A DNA stretch of 63,799 nt, counting the filler, from Octopus bimaculoides (taxonomy: Eukaryota): NCBI RefSeq assembly GCF_001194135.2. It is 6 parts of 5 records of this genome, joined end to end, with 100 filler letters (N's around TTAATTAATTAA, not from the genome) between each part and the next. Parts side by side here need not be neighbours in the genome. Positions count along the whole stretch, not along the records: positions 1 to 21,267 come from NC_068982.1; 5 more parts are not named here. One strand, written 5' to 3'. Each line of letters starts with the position of its first letter. The stretch's first letter is position 1. Below the pieces are notes generated by a model. The model was not told the origin of the DNA, did no database searches, and was given only the letters and a program-made list of their open reading frames with translations. This document shows, in pieces, positions 1 through 12,289 of the stretch. The position numbers were made by a program, and so were the translations under genes.

Positions 1-1520
1 TATATATATATATATACATACCTACATACTGAACATACATACCTACATACTGAACATACATAAAAATATCCTCGCACACATACACTCATGCATACGTATG
101 TATGTATTAAGTGAGTACTTCTGTGTGTCTGTTGTGTATGTTTATTTGTGTGTGTACGTGTGTGTGTTCGTGCAGTCGTACGTTCAACACAATGCGCACT
201 ACTTCATTGAAGCCATACATGACTGTTTTGTTAAAGATTTTCTCAACGAAAATGTTATTTCAGGCTCGATTCGAATATCCAGTAACATCAGCAAGAACCT
301 TCTACTACAACTTCGATTCGGCACAAGCCTTGTGAAAGACACTGGAAAGAATTCTCCCTCCTCCCCCACCCCGATAGACTGTACCTTGTACTATTGTTGA
401 GTCGTACCCTTAGTCCATCATCTGGTTTAATACCAACATTTGGTCCCTAGACATATTTAAAGGAGTTAAGTTTGTAACATGTTTTCTTGTCTGAAGTTAA
501 AGCCCACGCCATCAACACAGGAGATGTGATATCATCATCTCCATCCTTATAATCATACAGATAATCCTAAGAATTAGGCACTGCTCTTCCTGCAAATAAT
601 GAATAAATACATTTTATAAATATATAAAAATTATAAATATATAATCAAAAATTTATTTAATGTGGCACAAGGGCCTACAGTGGATTTGATCTCAGGACAA
701 TTCAGATATCGGTTCAGCAATATAATAATTTTGGTTAGTGATATAATTTATATATTTCTTAACGCCATTTTAAGCCACTATACACACTGTTGTTTCAATG
801 CTTATGAAAAATTATGAAATACAATGGTTTCGATGAAACTAGTATACATCGTCAGGAGTAAAAAAAATTTCTATAGCATTTTTAAAGCTTTGTGAAATAA
901 ATATCAACAGATTTTTATAAATATTGACTAACTCAGAGGAAAAGACAGCGATAAGATTGGTGTATATTTGCATTTATATTACAAATTAAGTTTGAAGAAG
1001 ACGACAGCCAGTAGATGTAATATTACTATAAACCGGTATACTGCAGAATATATATCTGTAGATTTTAGCCTATACTGTATATAATAAATAAACGAAAGCA
1101 TATAGTCAGCTAGTATGTGTATGTAATAACTACGTCGACAGAAAAACCGGAACGAGCCCGGATAATTAATGTCTTCTTTAGTTGTCCACTGAAACTGTGA
1201 TTATAAAATAATTATTACTAAAAACTTAAATAAAATAGATAAATTGATTAATTTATATATATATGGTGTAGGACTGAAATTTGTGTGGCTGATCAACCTT
1301 TTACTGTTTACAGAAGTATTGTTTATAAAAGTAAGATGTTCACATCTGTCAGTTTCATTGTGTTGTATACTGAAGATGACTAAAATCTATACATATATTC
1401 TAAAGTGCATTATAACGTTATAACAAAACACTGTTACCGCACAAGTAGTTTATTAATATGCTCATGGTGTGTTTATTGTTCGCTCTGTTTTCACAACATA
1501 CACACACGCGACTCTCTCTA

Positions 1521-1593
<73 letters not shown>

Positions 1594-1825
1594 TTACATA
1601 TACTCATACGCAGATACGTGTGTATGTATGTGTATATGTACGTATATATAAACAACTCAACAGCAAAGTGAATGACTCCTCGATAATTTTTAGAAGAGGA
1701 CGTATTTAATAATTTGTACAAGGAAAATGATGACAGTGACTTCGGAGTTTCAGTGTACTCACTAATATGTGACAGCGATTTACGCTGTTTTTCTTCTTTG
1801 TCAGTTTTATATAATCTTTGGCGTG

Positions 1826-2185
1826 GAGGCGCAATGGCCCAGTGGTTAGGGCATAGAATCACGGTTTCGATTCCCAGACCGGGCGTTGTGAGTGTTTATT
1901 GAGCGAAAACACCTAAAGCTCCACGAGGCTCCGGCAGGGGATGGTGGCGAACCCTGCTGTACTCTTTCACCACAACTTTCTCTCACTCTTACTTCCTGTT
2001 TCTGTTGTGCCTGTAATTCAAAGGGCCAGCCTTGTCACACTGTGTCACGCTGAATATCCCAGAGGACTACGTTAAGGGTACACGTGTCTGTGGAGTAATC
2101 AGCCACTTGCACGTTAATTTCACGAGCAGGCTATTCCGTTGATTGGATCAACTGGAACCCACGACGTCGTTAGCTACAGAGTGCC
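1826..2185 (+). mobile_element. tRNA-derived SINE (family C), near full length
   Basis: Head GGAGGCGCAATGGCCCAGTGGTTAGG...GGTTTCGATTCCC has Pol III A/B boxes. The 3' part (CACGAGCAGG...GGATCAACTGGAACCC...GAGTGCCA) recurs inverted near 10080-10200. Confidence 0.8.
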
Positions 2186-2574
2186 AACAACAATAATCTT
2201 TGGCAGATTGTTTCTTTTATTTTTTGTTGGTAGGTGGAGCAATGTGAATGACAGTTAGGTGTGATGTAAGTAAACAAGAGAAGTAGTTGTGTAAGAAAGA
2301 GAGGAATCGAGAAGGACAGGAAGGAAGTAAGAATTTGAAGAGCGTGGGATGATAGAAAGGTATAGTGAAGAGGTTCATTAGTTTGATGTAAGAAATTTGT
2401 TCATGTTTAGTGTTTACTCGGGTATGAAATTTAAGGTGTAAGCAGATGTGTTGTATTAGAAAATATTTTGTAGATGGGACTGGCTTTTGTTGTATTTTAG
2501 GGTTCACAAATAAATATTTACAGAGATTACAGTTGTTATTAGTTTTCTATTAACACATTTTAAACTGGGTATGT

Positions 2575-2870
2575 TGAGAAGGATCGAATTGAGGGGCTAT
2601 GTTACAATATTCATTGGAAGTTATGCCAGCATTATGAAATATGAAAAGAAATGCTGGGTGTGTCACAGAATGATAAAGAAACAATGTTCTGTGACATCTC
2701 CATGTATATATATTCTGAGATTCAAATAACAGCATCAGATATGGAATACATATTATGTGGATGTTGACAATACATTGAGAAATGATAAAAACGAAACAAT
2801 ACATTGCATGTACCCAAAGCACATAAAACAGAACTCGGCAGGGCAATAAAAACATGCACAAAACTACAAG
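2575..2870 (+). mobile_element. Highly decayed 3' remnant of R4/Dong-like non-LTR element
   Basis: Manual translation EKDRIEGLCYNIHWKLCQHYEI resembles the RHD..IHWKLC block that follows the CCHC knuckle in the better copies here. Confidence 0.5.
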
Positions 2871-3129
2871 TGAAAGCCATAAGGGAGAGAGAGAGAAGAA
2901 AGGGGATTATAAAGTGTAACAGTGAACTTAGTAACAGATCTAGAACCAAGTTGGATAACACTTCACGTCACTGCTTCACTACTCTAAGACCTATTCATTG
3001 ATATCGATGAAAGAGCAATGAAGATAGTCAAAAGAAATTAACAAAAATATGGGCAGACATCCGTCTAATAATACATTAACTTGCTATTGCAATTTCATTT
3101 ATTTTGTTACTAAAAGTATATAATGTATT

Positions 3130-3440
3130 TATACTGCTTATATTAGTCGGAGTGATGTCCTCATCTTGATTATTGCTTTCACTACGTTTCTGCTGTTGTA
3201 CACTCCAGCCTTCTTCAGGTGTCTTGTATTGAACTCGGTTGTTGTATCAGAATTTCGAACCTAACCCCTTATTTGATCCATGTGTGTACACTGTTCTCAT
3301 TCCGTATTCTGATTCGTGACTTTTGTTTTTTGCTTCATTTGTTTTTATGTAAATTATCTTTGTGCCTTGCTTGGGATTGAACCCAGAACCTCAAGGTGCA
3401 GTCAATACTGCACTAAATACTGCAGTCAATACACAATATG
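3130..3440 (-). mobile_element. tRNA-headed SINE-like element ending in a hammerhead-like motif
   Basis: Minus strand B-box GGTTCAATCCC (3383-3373); downstream CTGAAGA...GAAACGTA (3218-3183). Confidence 0.55.
3180..3221 (-). ncRNA. Minimal type I hammerhead-ribozyme-like motif
   Basis: Minus strand CAC-CUGAAGA-AGGCUG(gaguguacaa)CAGCA-GAAA-C-GUA-GUG: both conserved cores, GUA triplet, 3-bp stem I, palindromic ACGU stem III; stem II base mismatched. Confidence 0.55.
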
Positions 3441-3639
3441 AATTCCTCATTTCAAAAATATAGAATTGTATTATGTAATGTATTGTAAGTATGTTCACTA
3501 ATCACTGATTAACCACCTAGGTACAAGCATACTAACTGAGCCCCAATCAAATTCGACTTAAGTCCTCAAAAGTGGACAAATAATACACATGAAAATAATA
3601 CTATTCAACTCAAGTTTTAAAACAGAAATGGACACTTTG

Positions 3640-4560
3640 ATTTTAATGCATAAAACAAAAATGAAGACGAAAAATGTTCTATCGTCAGACACAGATTCTG
3701 AAAATCGAAACTAAAAACTAGGCTTCACTCTAAAGTCTCATAAATATAACAGAAACGGTGAAACTAGGCATATAACGACTACGTTTCTATTCTACATGCA
3801 TATTTAAACTCTTTTTAGAAAACGAGATGGCCAACAAATTATGTAATAATGTTTAAAAGAAAACAAATCTCATCTAAAGATTGGATTGTTATACACTTGA
3901 TAATTTAGGAAAATACATTCTTAAAATTAAAGATAAAATTTTAACTAAAACTAAAACTAAAATTCAGTTTTAGAGAAACGTGCTCGAAATTAAGAAAAAG
4001 AAACACTAATATCAGTTTAGATTAAGGGATTAGACCAAACTAAAAACCTACAGATTCTTAGGAATTAATGACGCAAACAGATTACCACACAAACTTTGTT
4101 TCTAGTAACAAGATAGAGTTGAAGCATTTTGAACTGGAAGTTAAGAGAATTAGTGAAACTAGACAAGAAACCATGAAAAGTAATAACTGAGAATAGACGA
4201 GAGAAAAGCTGACGCGTACAAATTTTATTTCCAAAAAATACGGAGATGTAGGGGGCGCTGTTGTGCAGCGAGAAATGTTATTATAAAATATCTACTATAA
4301 AGAATATACGAGAAACTATTGGAAATAGCAAAGAAACAGAAAAAAAAACTGTTTTATAAGAAACATTAAAGGGTATGTGAGACAAGGGACGATGGCGGGG
4401 AGAATACAACAATAGGAACAACAACAACTACAATTAAAACAGAACTATATAAACTGAAAATGGGATTATAACGTATCATGGTAAGACGTTGGCAAGAAAG
4501 AAAGAAAACTACGAAATAAGTACAAAAGAATATAATGCAAGCTCTACAGCTAGACATCGC
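3640..4560 (+). mobile_element. Heavily degenerate R4/Dong-like RT region
   Basis: Fragmentary translations FLFYMHI*TLFRKRD (cf. LFYMDDLKLF), YRFLGIND (cf. YKYLGI) and KADAYKFYFQKIRRCRGR (cf. KADxxRLYxPRKxGGRG), in the correct order. Confidence 0.55.
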
Positions 4561-4804
4561 TCAACACACACGCGCACGCGCACTCTGTCTGTGTTTATCT
4601 GTGCCTCACTTTGCCACACACAGACACATACACCAGTTACTTAGAGTACATGTAATGCAGTGGAAAAAGATAAAATTCAAACAAAAAAGCACAGCACGTA
4701 CGCAAGACACAGGAAATGGTTCTATTACGCAGTGAAAGCACAATAATAATAATATTAATAATGATAATAACAATACTAATAATAATGATGATGATGACAA
4801 TGAT

Positions 4805-5335
4805 AGTCGGGTGCTTGGTACCAACGTACACCGGAAAAGGTAATGGACGAAAACGGGAAGGCAAAGATCCCCTGGGACTTTGACTTTCAGACAAACAAGA
4901 TGTTACAGCACCGAAGGCCGGATATATTAGCCTTTAGGATGGACAAGCAAGAGTGCCTAATAGTCGACGTGGTTGTGCCAGGAGCTCAACGTACTATTAT
5001 GAAAGAAAAAGAAAAGGCTGACAGATATGGAGACTTGAAAATTGAGATTTGCCAAGATGTGGCAGTTACAAGAGCCAAACATAAAGGCTGCTCCTGTTGT
5101 CATACCACCCAACCTGAAGAAGCTTTGGAAACTTTAGAAATACTCTGCAATCTATGTGTATTGCGGAAATCGGCTTTACTTGGAACTACACGAATATTGC
5201 ATAAAGTACTCTCTGTTTGAAGTCCTTCTTGTAACTTCCATGACAGTACAAAACCCCGGCACACACACTGTTTTCAGTCTGTAACATCGCAATATTGCAT
5301 ACTGTGCAACGTCTTCAATAATTATAATTATAATG
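4805..5335 (+). mobile_element. 5'-truncated R4/Dong-like LINE 3' end (REL endonuclease)
   Basis: ORF 4843-5220 has HRRPDIL...LIVDVVVP...EKADRYGDLKIEI...SALLGT (PD-(D/E)xK REL). Flanked by (AAT)/(GAT) tracts; same family as 37560-38340. Confidence 0.85.
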
Positions 5336-5555
5336 GACTCTCCCGTCGAAGACGAGGTATGAACGTTCAGCTTTTGCAGAACGATCTACACAAATGATTT
5401 GTTTATAGTGATCAAATGCTCGTGCCGCACATTATCTCGTTCTATCCATTAAATCAACGTCGTCTGAACGGGTGCACAGTGTAACATATGTCAGGTATCG
5501 AAGTGATCGCAGAGCAATGTGACATGAAGTGTTTTGCTCAAGAACACAATAACTC
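5335..5555 (-). mobile_element. SINE fragment (family C)
   Basis: Minus strand GTGTTCTTGAGCAAAACACTTCAT..., a CORE-like segment shared with 8250-8500, 10080-10325, 34180-34440 and 39600-39910. Confidence 0.65.
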
Positions 5556-5562
5556 TGCTACA

Positions 5563-6421
5563 TATCAAAAATTTCCCGACGAGTTCCGTAGCGCGCCAAC
5601 ACGGCTGCGTACGCAGTGAGGTCTAGCAGTATCCTTCATGAGGCAGCGTGCCGAGTGACATCGCGGTGTTTACTTCGTAAGTTGTGAGATTTGAGTTTTT
5701 GTGATCATGTGCATGTTGTAGTCTGTGATTTTGTCATTGACAGGAACAAAGAGCCAACGTGAAATTTTGCATTAAACTTGGGAAGTCTGCCACAGAGACA
5801 TTGAACATGCTTCGGCAAGCTTATGACGATGAGGCAATGGGTTGTACGCAATGTTTCGAGTGGCACGAGCGCTTCAAAGGGGGAAGAATGTCCCTAGAAG
5901 ACGATGAGCGATCTAGAAGACCTGCCACGAGCGTCACCCCCGGAAATGTGGTTTTGTTTATCGAGAATTCTCCCTCCAGAGCCTGACCATCAATCGAGAG
6001 TTCTACAGCGACGTTTTGAAGCGTATGAGGGAGGTCATTCGGTGAAAGTGATCAGATCTGTGGAGCGCTAAGAATTGGATTCATCACCGAGCTCTCCTCA
6101 CTTGTGAGTTTCTCGCCCAAAACAACTCTCTTTGCCAGATCGAGCACCTGCAGACTTCCATCTCTCCATCAAGATGAAAATGCTGCTGAAAGGTCACCGT
6201 TTTAACACCGTTGTCGAGATCCAGAGCGAATCGCAGAAACTCTACCACTGGCTTACGTAAAACGACTTCCAGGCTGGATTCCAAAAGTGGCAGGAACGCT
6301 TGGAAGGGTGTAGTGCTGCGTAAAGTAACTACTTTAAAGGAGATGATGTTAAAACTTAGGTAAATAAGCTGTTTTTTTCACTGAATATAACTACTCCAGG
6401 AACATCTTGATACCACCTCGT
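5563..6421 (+). mobile_element. Internally deleted mariner transposon
   Basis: Transposase N-terminus EQRANVKFCIKLGKSATETLNMLRQAYDDEAM...FEWHERFKGGRMSLEDDERSRRP; decayed C-terminal pieces (APADF, FQKWQER); right TIR ...CAGGAACATCTTGATACCACCTCGT; partial left TIR TATCAAAAATTTCCCG. Confidence 0.9.
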
Positions 6422-7939
6422 GTATGTGTGCATGTGTGTGTGTGTGTGTGTGTGTGTGCGTGCGTGTGTAACTATTTGCGGGATCCAATAGAATCTTTAA
6501 TAACAAAGGCACCAAGGTGTAGTCAATGACAGCATACCAGTGTATCAACAGTGTATATGGACACTCACATATTTCTAAAGCGTATACGTATTCGTCTTTC
6601 CATTTACGCATACATCCACAAGTACAGACCAAATTCAGTCAGCGTATACATAAAATCACACAAGAGTATTCTCTGGCATGTAGTCCACAGTCCCCTGTAG
6701 GTTCAAGAACCAATGCAAGGAGGATTCAGAGTGTGATGTAGTATAAATAATAACACTACAGCTGTTTCAGACATGTTTTTCATTGATGAACAAATCAATT
6801 ACAGCAAGTAAAATACATGTATATAAATTCAGTTTTATTTATAAATGTCTTGTTTGAATGATACAGCTTGCTGCCGTCCTTGTAGTTAATGACATCAGGA
6901 AGAGCTGAACAGGCGAAAGTTCTCCAGAGAAGAAGCCATTCGTCACGTATGCAAATGTTTCGGCCTGTAACTCCTTACAGTTTAAAGAAGAGGCAGTCCG
7001 CATCCATGTCATAACTTCTAGATAGCCGTCTGCTGCATCATTTTCTGCTACTACTTGTGTTCGTATCTGCCCCTTTTCTAGGTGGTCAGGTACCCCAAAG
7101 CCAGATTACCTTGGATGTTGTAACCACCGCGATATGTAACACCAGTTGTATATAGACTAAGCTATTCCTGGTGTTACAAACGACATTTTTCAGCCAAAAC
7201 AAAATGTATTCTCTCTTCTATTACACATTTACTATATATTTAAAATATCTTATTAATTTCATCTTAGTTCCCTTGCTTCTTATGATATAAGTAACTATAT
7301 TTTAGATTTAATCTTATTTATATCACGGCTCTTTTAAAGTTGTTTGTATTTATCCTACCTGAGTATAATTTAGTTGAGTGCAAAGATAAACAACTAAAAA
7401 TGTTCATTTAGTGTTTTGGTCGGTTAAAAGTATAAACCTTACCTCGTATCATTTATTTTATATTTTTACAGACTTTTTCGCACAAACACAAAAAGAAAGA
7501 AATGATTTTATTAAATTACTTATCGCTCTTGGCCTTATTGATCATATTTTACACACATTTAACTTGTGTTTTTCATATCATCAAATAGATTAAATATACA
7601 TTCTAATACTGATAGAAATTTTCATTTTCATATTTAGTTTATATAGTTAATTTGATTTAAATTAAATATTATTTTAATACAAATTTTGTAAACAATTTTT
7701 TAAAGTAGTTTTTTAATATTAATAAAACTTAAAATTTTCAATTTGTTGCATTTTTATAGCTAAAATTAATAATTTTCATAGCAAAAACCAAACTTAACCT
7801 TCACTTCGCAAAATCACTTTTTCTCAGATTGCATCAGTAATATCCATTACTAACGACTATTACGTTTTTTAAAATTAGGGCCTCTTTGCTTATATATGTA
7901 TGTGTGTATGTATGTGTATACATGTATATATATACATAC

Positions 7940-7970
<31 letters not shown>

Positions 7971-7978
7971 TGTATGCA

Positions 7979-8036
<58 letters not shown>

Positions 8037-8249
8037 AATAGCGAGAGAGAGAGGAGGAGAGATAGATAGATAAATACATACAAACATATGTCTATATGTA
8101 AATGCAACCAAAGGCCACATGTACCTGACAAGAAAACAAATAAACATTTACAGGGCATTCGTAATGTCACATAACCTACATCCGATGATACACTTTTGAA
8201 ACAATTATAGTACTCAATGAGGTTTTTCATTCCAGTTATATATATACAT

Positions 8250-8500
8250 ATAATGTTTCCTTCTGAGCCATGTCAGGCTCATAAGGCCGGTTTCCCTGTT
8301 TCAGTGGCGTATATATTCTCCACCTAGACGGGTCGCTGATCCGTCGCAGGATTCTTCATTTTTGTTAGCTGAGATGACTGGAGCAACGTAAAATGAAGTG
8401 TTTTGATCAAAAACAAAATGTATTACGATGTCCAGGAATCGAAACCACAATCTTACGATCATGAGTCCAACACACCAACCACTAAGCCACATGCCTCCAC
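8250..8500 (-). mobile_element. tRNA-derived SINE (family C variant)
   Basis: Minus strand head GTGGAGGCATGTGGCTTAGTGGTTGG...GGTTTCGATTCCTGG, CORE-like block, then CCTGCGACGGATCAGCGACCCGTC. Confidence 0.8.
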
Positions 8501-8799
8501 AAACACACAGAAACACACATATAATATACGTATATATATATTTATATATATATAACTACTTCGTGGTTGAGCAAATGTGAATCTTAGAAATATGATAAAC
8601 TGAAAAATGGGAGAATAACTGAAATAACTATCGGCCATTTGGCCAAGACGTCTACTGAAGTGTCTTGTTTCAGAATTTTTACTCCATTTTTCTTTTCACT
8701 TTTCTTTTAAAAATGACTGTTTATATTTATTTTTCTATAACATTATTTTTACGTAGTTGTTAGTGTAATGTAAGAGAGACACAGACATTAAATATCTTA

Positions 8800-9700
8800 A
8801 GCAAGGACATCATCGACTCGTTTAGTAATTCCAGCTTAAAATTAACTCTAGCCGTTGTTCAGTTAGATTCCTAGATTTAAGTAAGGACGTACTGGAACCC
8901 TTCAGAAAGTTTAATGGAAGCAGAAACTGTCTTATATAAACGTTTGATGATGTCACCTCATTCTATAGTTATAAGATTCCCGCCACTAATATGAATAGAA
9001 GGATTTACAGTTTGTCTTCCAAGTATGACATCTTCTATATGACAGCACATTACAACAATGATGACTTGCAAGAAGAAAGTGATAGATGACATTGATGTTA
9101 TTTATCGAAATCTGCCCACAAAGACGAGGTTTTGTTATACCTTATGGTTTATATTCCCTTTTCACTCAATGCTATATTAAATATAGAAAGAACAATTCTA
9201 GCATTAGTAGAATAATACTTCACTATCACCAATAAATATACAAAGCTTTTTAAGTGACAAAACCTTAAATTAAACTACAGTTATATTCCTAATATGAAAA
9301 ATATACCATATACAACTAAAACCAAGACTGAAGCCATATCTTCATGTGTAAATACCAATGCATGTTCACTAGATAAGTCATCCAATGCAAAATCCATGTG
9401 AAAGAAATGTTAACTTTATAAAATAAAAGCGACGTGGTTTACAACTGAAACAAAGTCATTGGTAATGACAATTTCAATTGAATTTACACTATCACATTCC
9501 ATATTTTTGAGAAATGCTAGAAAATAAATTATATCTCATAGTTAAAAGAAAGTTCTTCTCAATGCAAAATTTAATAGACATTTATCGAAAGATTTCAATC
9601 ATACAATAGAAGTAAAAGATTCTATTGTTGCATAGCAGAAAAAAAAATAAAGAACAGATCCTCAAAATTTTATACAGCATTAAACTCTATCTAAACACTA
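8800..9700 (+). mobile_element. Ancient degenerate Penelope-like element (RT thumb to GIY-YIG region)
   Basis: Manual translation across stops and shifts: RFLDL, TSFYSYKI...RRIYSLSSKYDIFY, YTKLFK*QNLKLNYSYIPNMKNI, CVNTNACSLD, ordered as in PLE C-terminal halves. Confidence 0.5.
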
Positions 9701-10079
9701 CATCAGAAATAATCGTGAAGTGCAGACACTTTGAGAAACACCAGTTACGAAACTGGGAGAAATTATATTCATCTAACAAACTTCACATAAAAGAATATAT
9801 ATATATATATATTCTTTCATATGTTTCAGATACCGGTCCACAGATGTTGCTTTGTGTTGGATGGGGGTGCTAGATTCCTTATTCGAAAATATAAGGACAC
9901 GAATATTGTGTCATATAGCCAGCTGGAAACGATGTTTCCTGGTGCTAAGCAACAGTAACAATCGTTTCACATTATGTTGGCCAAGAGTCATTGCTTTAAA
10001 GAACTGTTAGTGAATATCTCACGTTGAGAGATTTTGAAATAATGATGTTTATATATATATAAATGTATGTATATACAAC

Positions 10080-10325
10080 TGGCACTCCGTCCCTGACGAC
10101 TACGCGGGGTGAAGCTGATTCGATCAAACAAACACCTTGCTCGTGAGATTTGAGTTCTCAGTGAGATTCAGCGTGGCACACAATATGACAAGGCTGGTCC
10201 TTTGAAATACAGATACTACTAATTTTTGCCGGTCGAATGGATTGGAGCAATAGGAAATGAAGTGTCTTGCTCAAGGACACAACGCGTCCTACGATCGCGA
10301 GCCGAATACCCTAACCGCGAAGTCA
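10080..10325 (-). mobile_element. SINE (family C), internally deleted
   Basis: Starts GGCACTCCG (reverse of the 1826-2185 tail) and contains AAGTGTCTTGCTCAAGGACACAAC. Confidence 0.7.
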
Positions 10326-10339
10326 GGCACTTTCACACA

Positions 10340-10560
10340 CACATCATGGTTTCAAAGTTTGGCACTAGGCCAGTATATTCGGAGGAGGGGTTAAGACGAT
10401 TACATTGCCCCCAGTGATGAATTGGAACTTATTTTATCGACACGAAAGGATGAAAGGTAATGTCAACCGCGACGGAATTTGAACGCGGAACGTAAAAACG
10501 GACGAAATGCCGCCAAACACTTTGTCCGATGTGCTAACGATTCTGCCAGCTCACCGCCCT
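10340..10560 (-). mobile_element. tRNA-derived SINE with Deu/Nin-like core (family A)
   Basis: Minus strand GGCGGTGAGCTGGCAGAATCGTTAGC...GTTCAAATTCCG...CCTTTCATCCTTTCG...TCGATAAAATAAGT; abuts (AAT)n. Confidence 0.85.
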
Positions 10561-11761
10561 TATAATAATAATAATGATAATAATGATGATGATGACGATG
10601 ATGATAATGATGATGATAATAATAATAATAATAGTAATAACAATGAGCAAAATGTGCGTAAAAATTTAAACACTGCAATATTTCTATACGAAAACTGCAA
10701 GCCTAAGCATCAGCAGTGTTCAGTTAAAAAAATAAACGGTGTAACAGAATACCGCAGCGAATACCAAACAGCATGGGCGTGTGACAGCGAGCTGCCGGGA
10801 AGATAGATCAAATATGAAACCATCACGAAGCAGGAATTAAGAATCTGCCAAAACAATGAAAGAAAACCATGACTTAATGTAAATCATCTCAGGAAACTGA
10901 AAGATTTTTCTTATATGGAGTATATATATATATATATGCATNNNNNNNNNNNNNNNNNNNNNNNNNNNNNNNNNNNNNNNNNNNNNNNNNNNNNNNNNNN
11001 NNNNNNNNNNNNNNNNNNNNNNNNNNNNNNNNNNNNNNNNNNNNNNNNNNNNNNNNNNNNNNNNNNNNNNNNNNNNNNNNNNNNNNNNNNNNNNNNNNNN
11101 NNNNNNNNNNNNNNNNNNNNNNNNNNNNNNNNNNNNNNNNNNNNNNNNNNNNNNNNNNNNNNNNNNNNNNNNNNNNNNNNNNNNNNNNNNNNNNNNNNNN
11201 NNNNNNNNNNNNNNNNNNNNNNNNNNNNNNNNNNNNNNNNNNNNNNNNNNNNNNNNNNNNNNNNNNNNNNNNNNNNNNNNNNNNNNNNNNNNNNNNNNNN
11301 NNNNNNNNNNNNNNNNNNNNNNNNNNNNNNNNNNNNNNNNNNNNNNNNNNNNNNNNNNNNNNNNNNNNNNNNNNNNNNNNNNNNNNNNNNNNNNNNNNNN
11401 NNNNNNNNNNNNNNNNNNNNNNNNNNNNNNNNNNNNNNNNNNNNNNNNNNNNNNNNNNNNNNNNNNNNNNNNNNNNNNNNNNNNNNNNNNNNNNNNNNNN
11501 NNNNNNNNNNNNNNNNNNNNNNNNNNNNNNNNNNNNNNNNNNNNNNNNNNNNNNNNNNNNNNNNNNNNNNNNNNNNNNNNNNNNNNNNNNNNNNNNNNNN
11601 NNNNNNNNNNNNNNNNNNNNNNNNNNNNNNNNNNNNNNNNNNNNNNNNNNNNNNNNNNNNNNNNNNNNNNNNNNNNNNNNNNNNNNNNNNNNNNNNNNNN
11701 NNNNNNNNNNNNNNNNNNNNNNNNNNNNNNNNNNNNNNNNNNNNTATATATGTATATGTAT

Positions 11762-11839
11762 AAATTTAATAAATGGAGTAATACGCATATGTTAAAAGAA
11801 TTCATTTAACATATGCGTATTACTCCATTTATTAAATTT
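11762..11839. repeat. Perfect 35-bp inverted repeat with 8-nt spacer
   Basis: AAATTTAATAAATGGAGTAATACGCATATGTTAAA (11762-11796), spacer AGAATTCA, exact reverse complement 11805-11839. Confidence 0.95.
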
Positions 11840-11989
11840 TTATATTTACTCAATTACCCAAAATAACAGGGAGTTTCTACCTCATAAACAGAAGTTACAC
11901 TACAGTCATTTTGTGATCTTTGCTACCCTGGTATCTATTAACCAATTTATTTTGTCGGAGTTAATTATTAACTAAGAGAAAATAAGTAC

Positions 11990-12027
<38 letters not shown>

Positions 12028-12289
12028 TATATATATATATATATATACACACAAAAATAGCTTTCCCTTAGACAGCAACTTGTGCGTAAAAATGTAAACA
12101 CTGCATTATTTCTATATAAAAACTTTAAACCTGTGAGTATAATTTTAAATATTAATTACATATGTATCCATATTTATGCAAGACCTCCATATATATGCAC
12201 ATTGCTATTTCTACGAAAGAAACATCAACATATGTCCATGGGCGGTGTTCAGTTAAAAAACTAAATGCTGTAAACACGAACCTATAACA

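Noticed and set aside
180-480. Minus-strand frame GTVYRGGGGGRILS resembling a glycosyltransferase GG.G..LS motif
   Set aside because: Multiple stops, motif driven by a G-run, no splice support.
5113-5135. CTGAAGAAGCTTTGGAAAC hammerhead-like string
   Set aside because: It lies within LINE coding sequence and has no stem I or NUH geometry; coincidental.
10837-11805. Long ORFs spanning N runs (also 32.6-33.2, 34.4-34.9, 42.9-43.9, 55.5-56.2 kb)
   Set aside because: Open only because N codons contain no stops.
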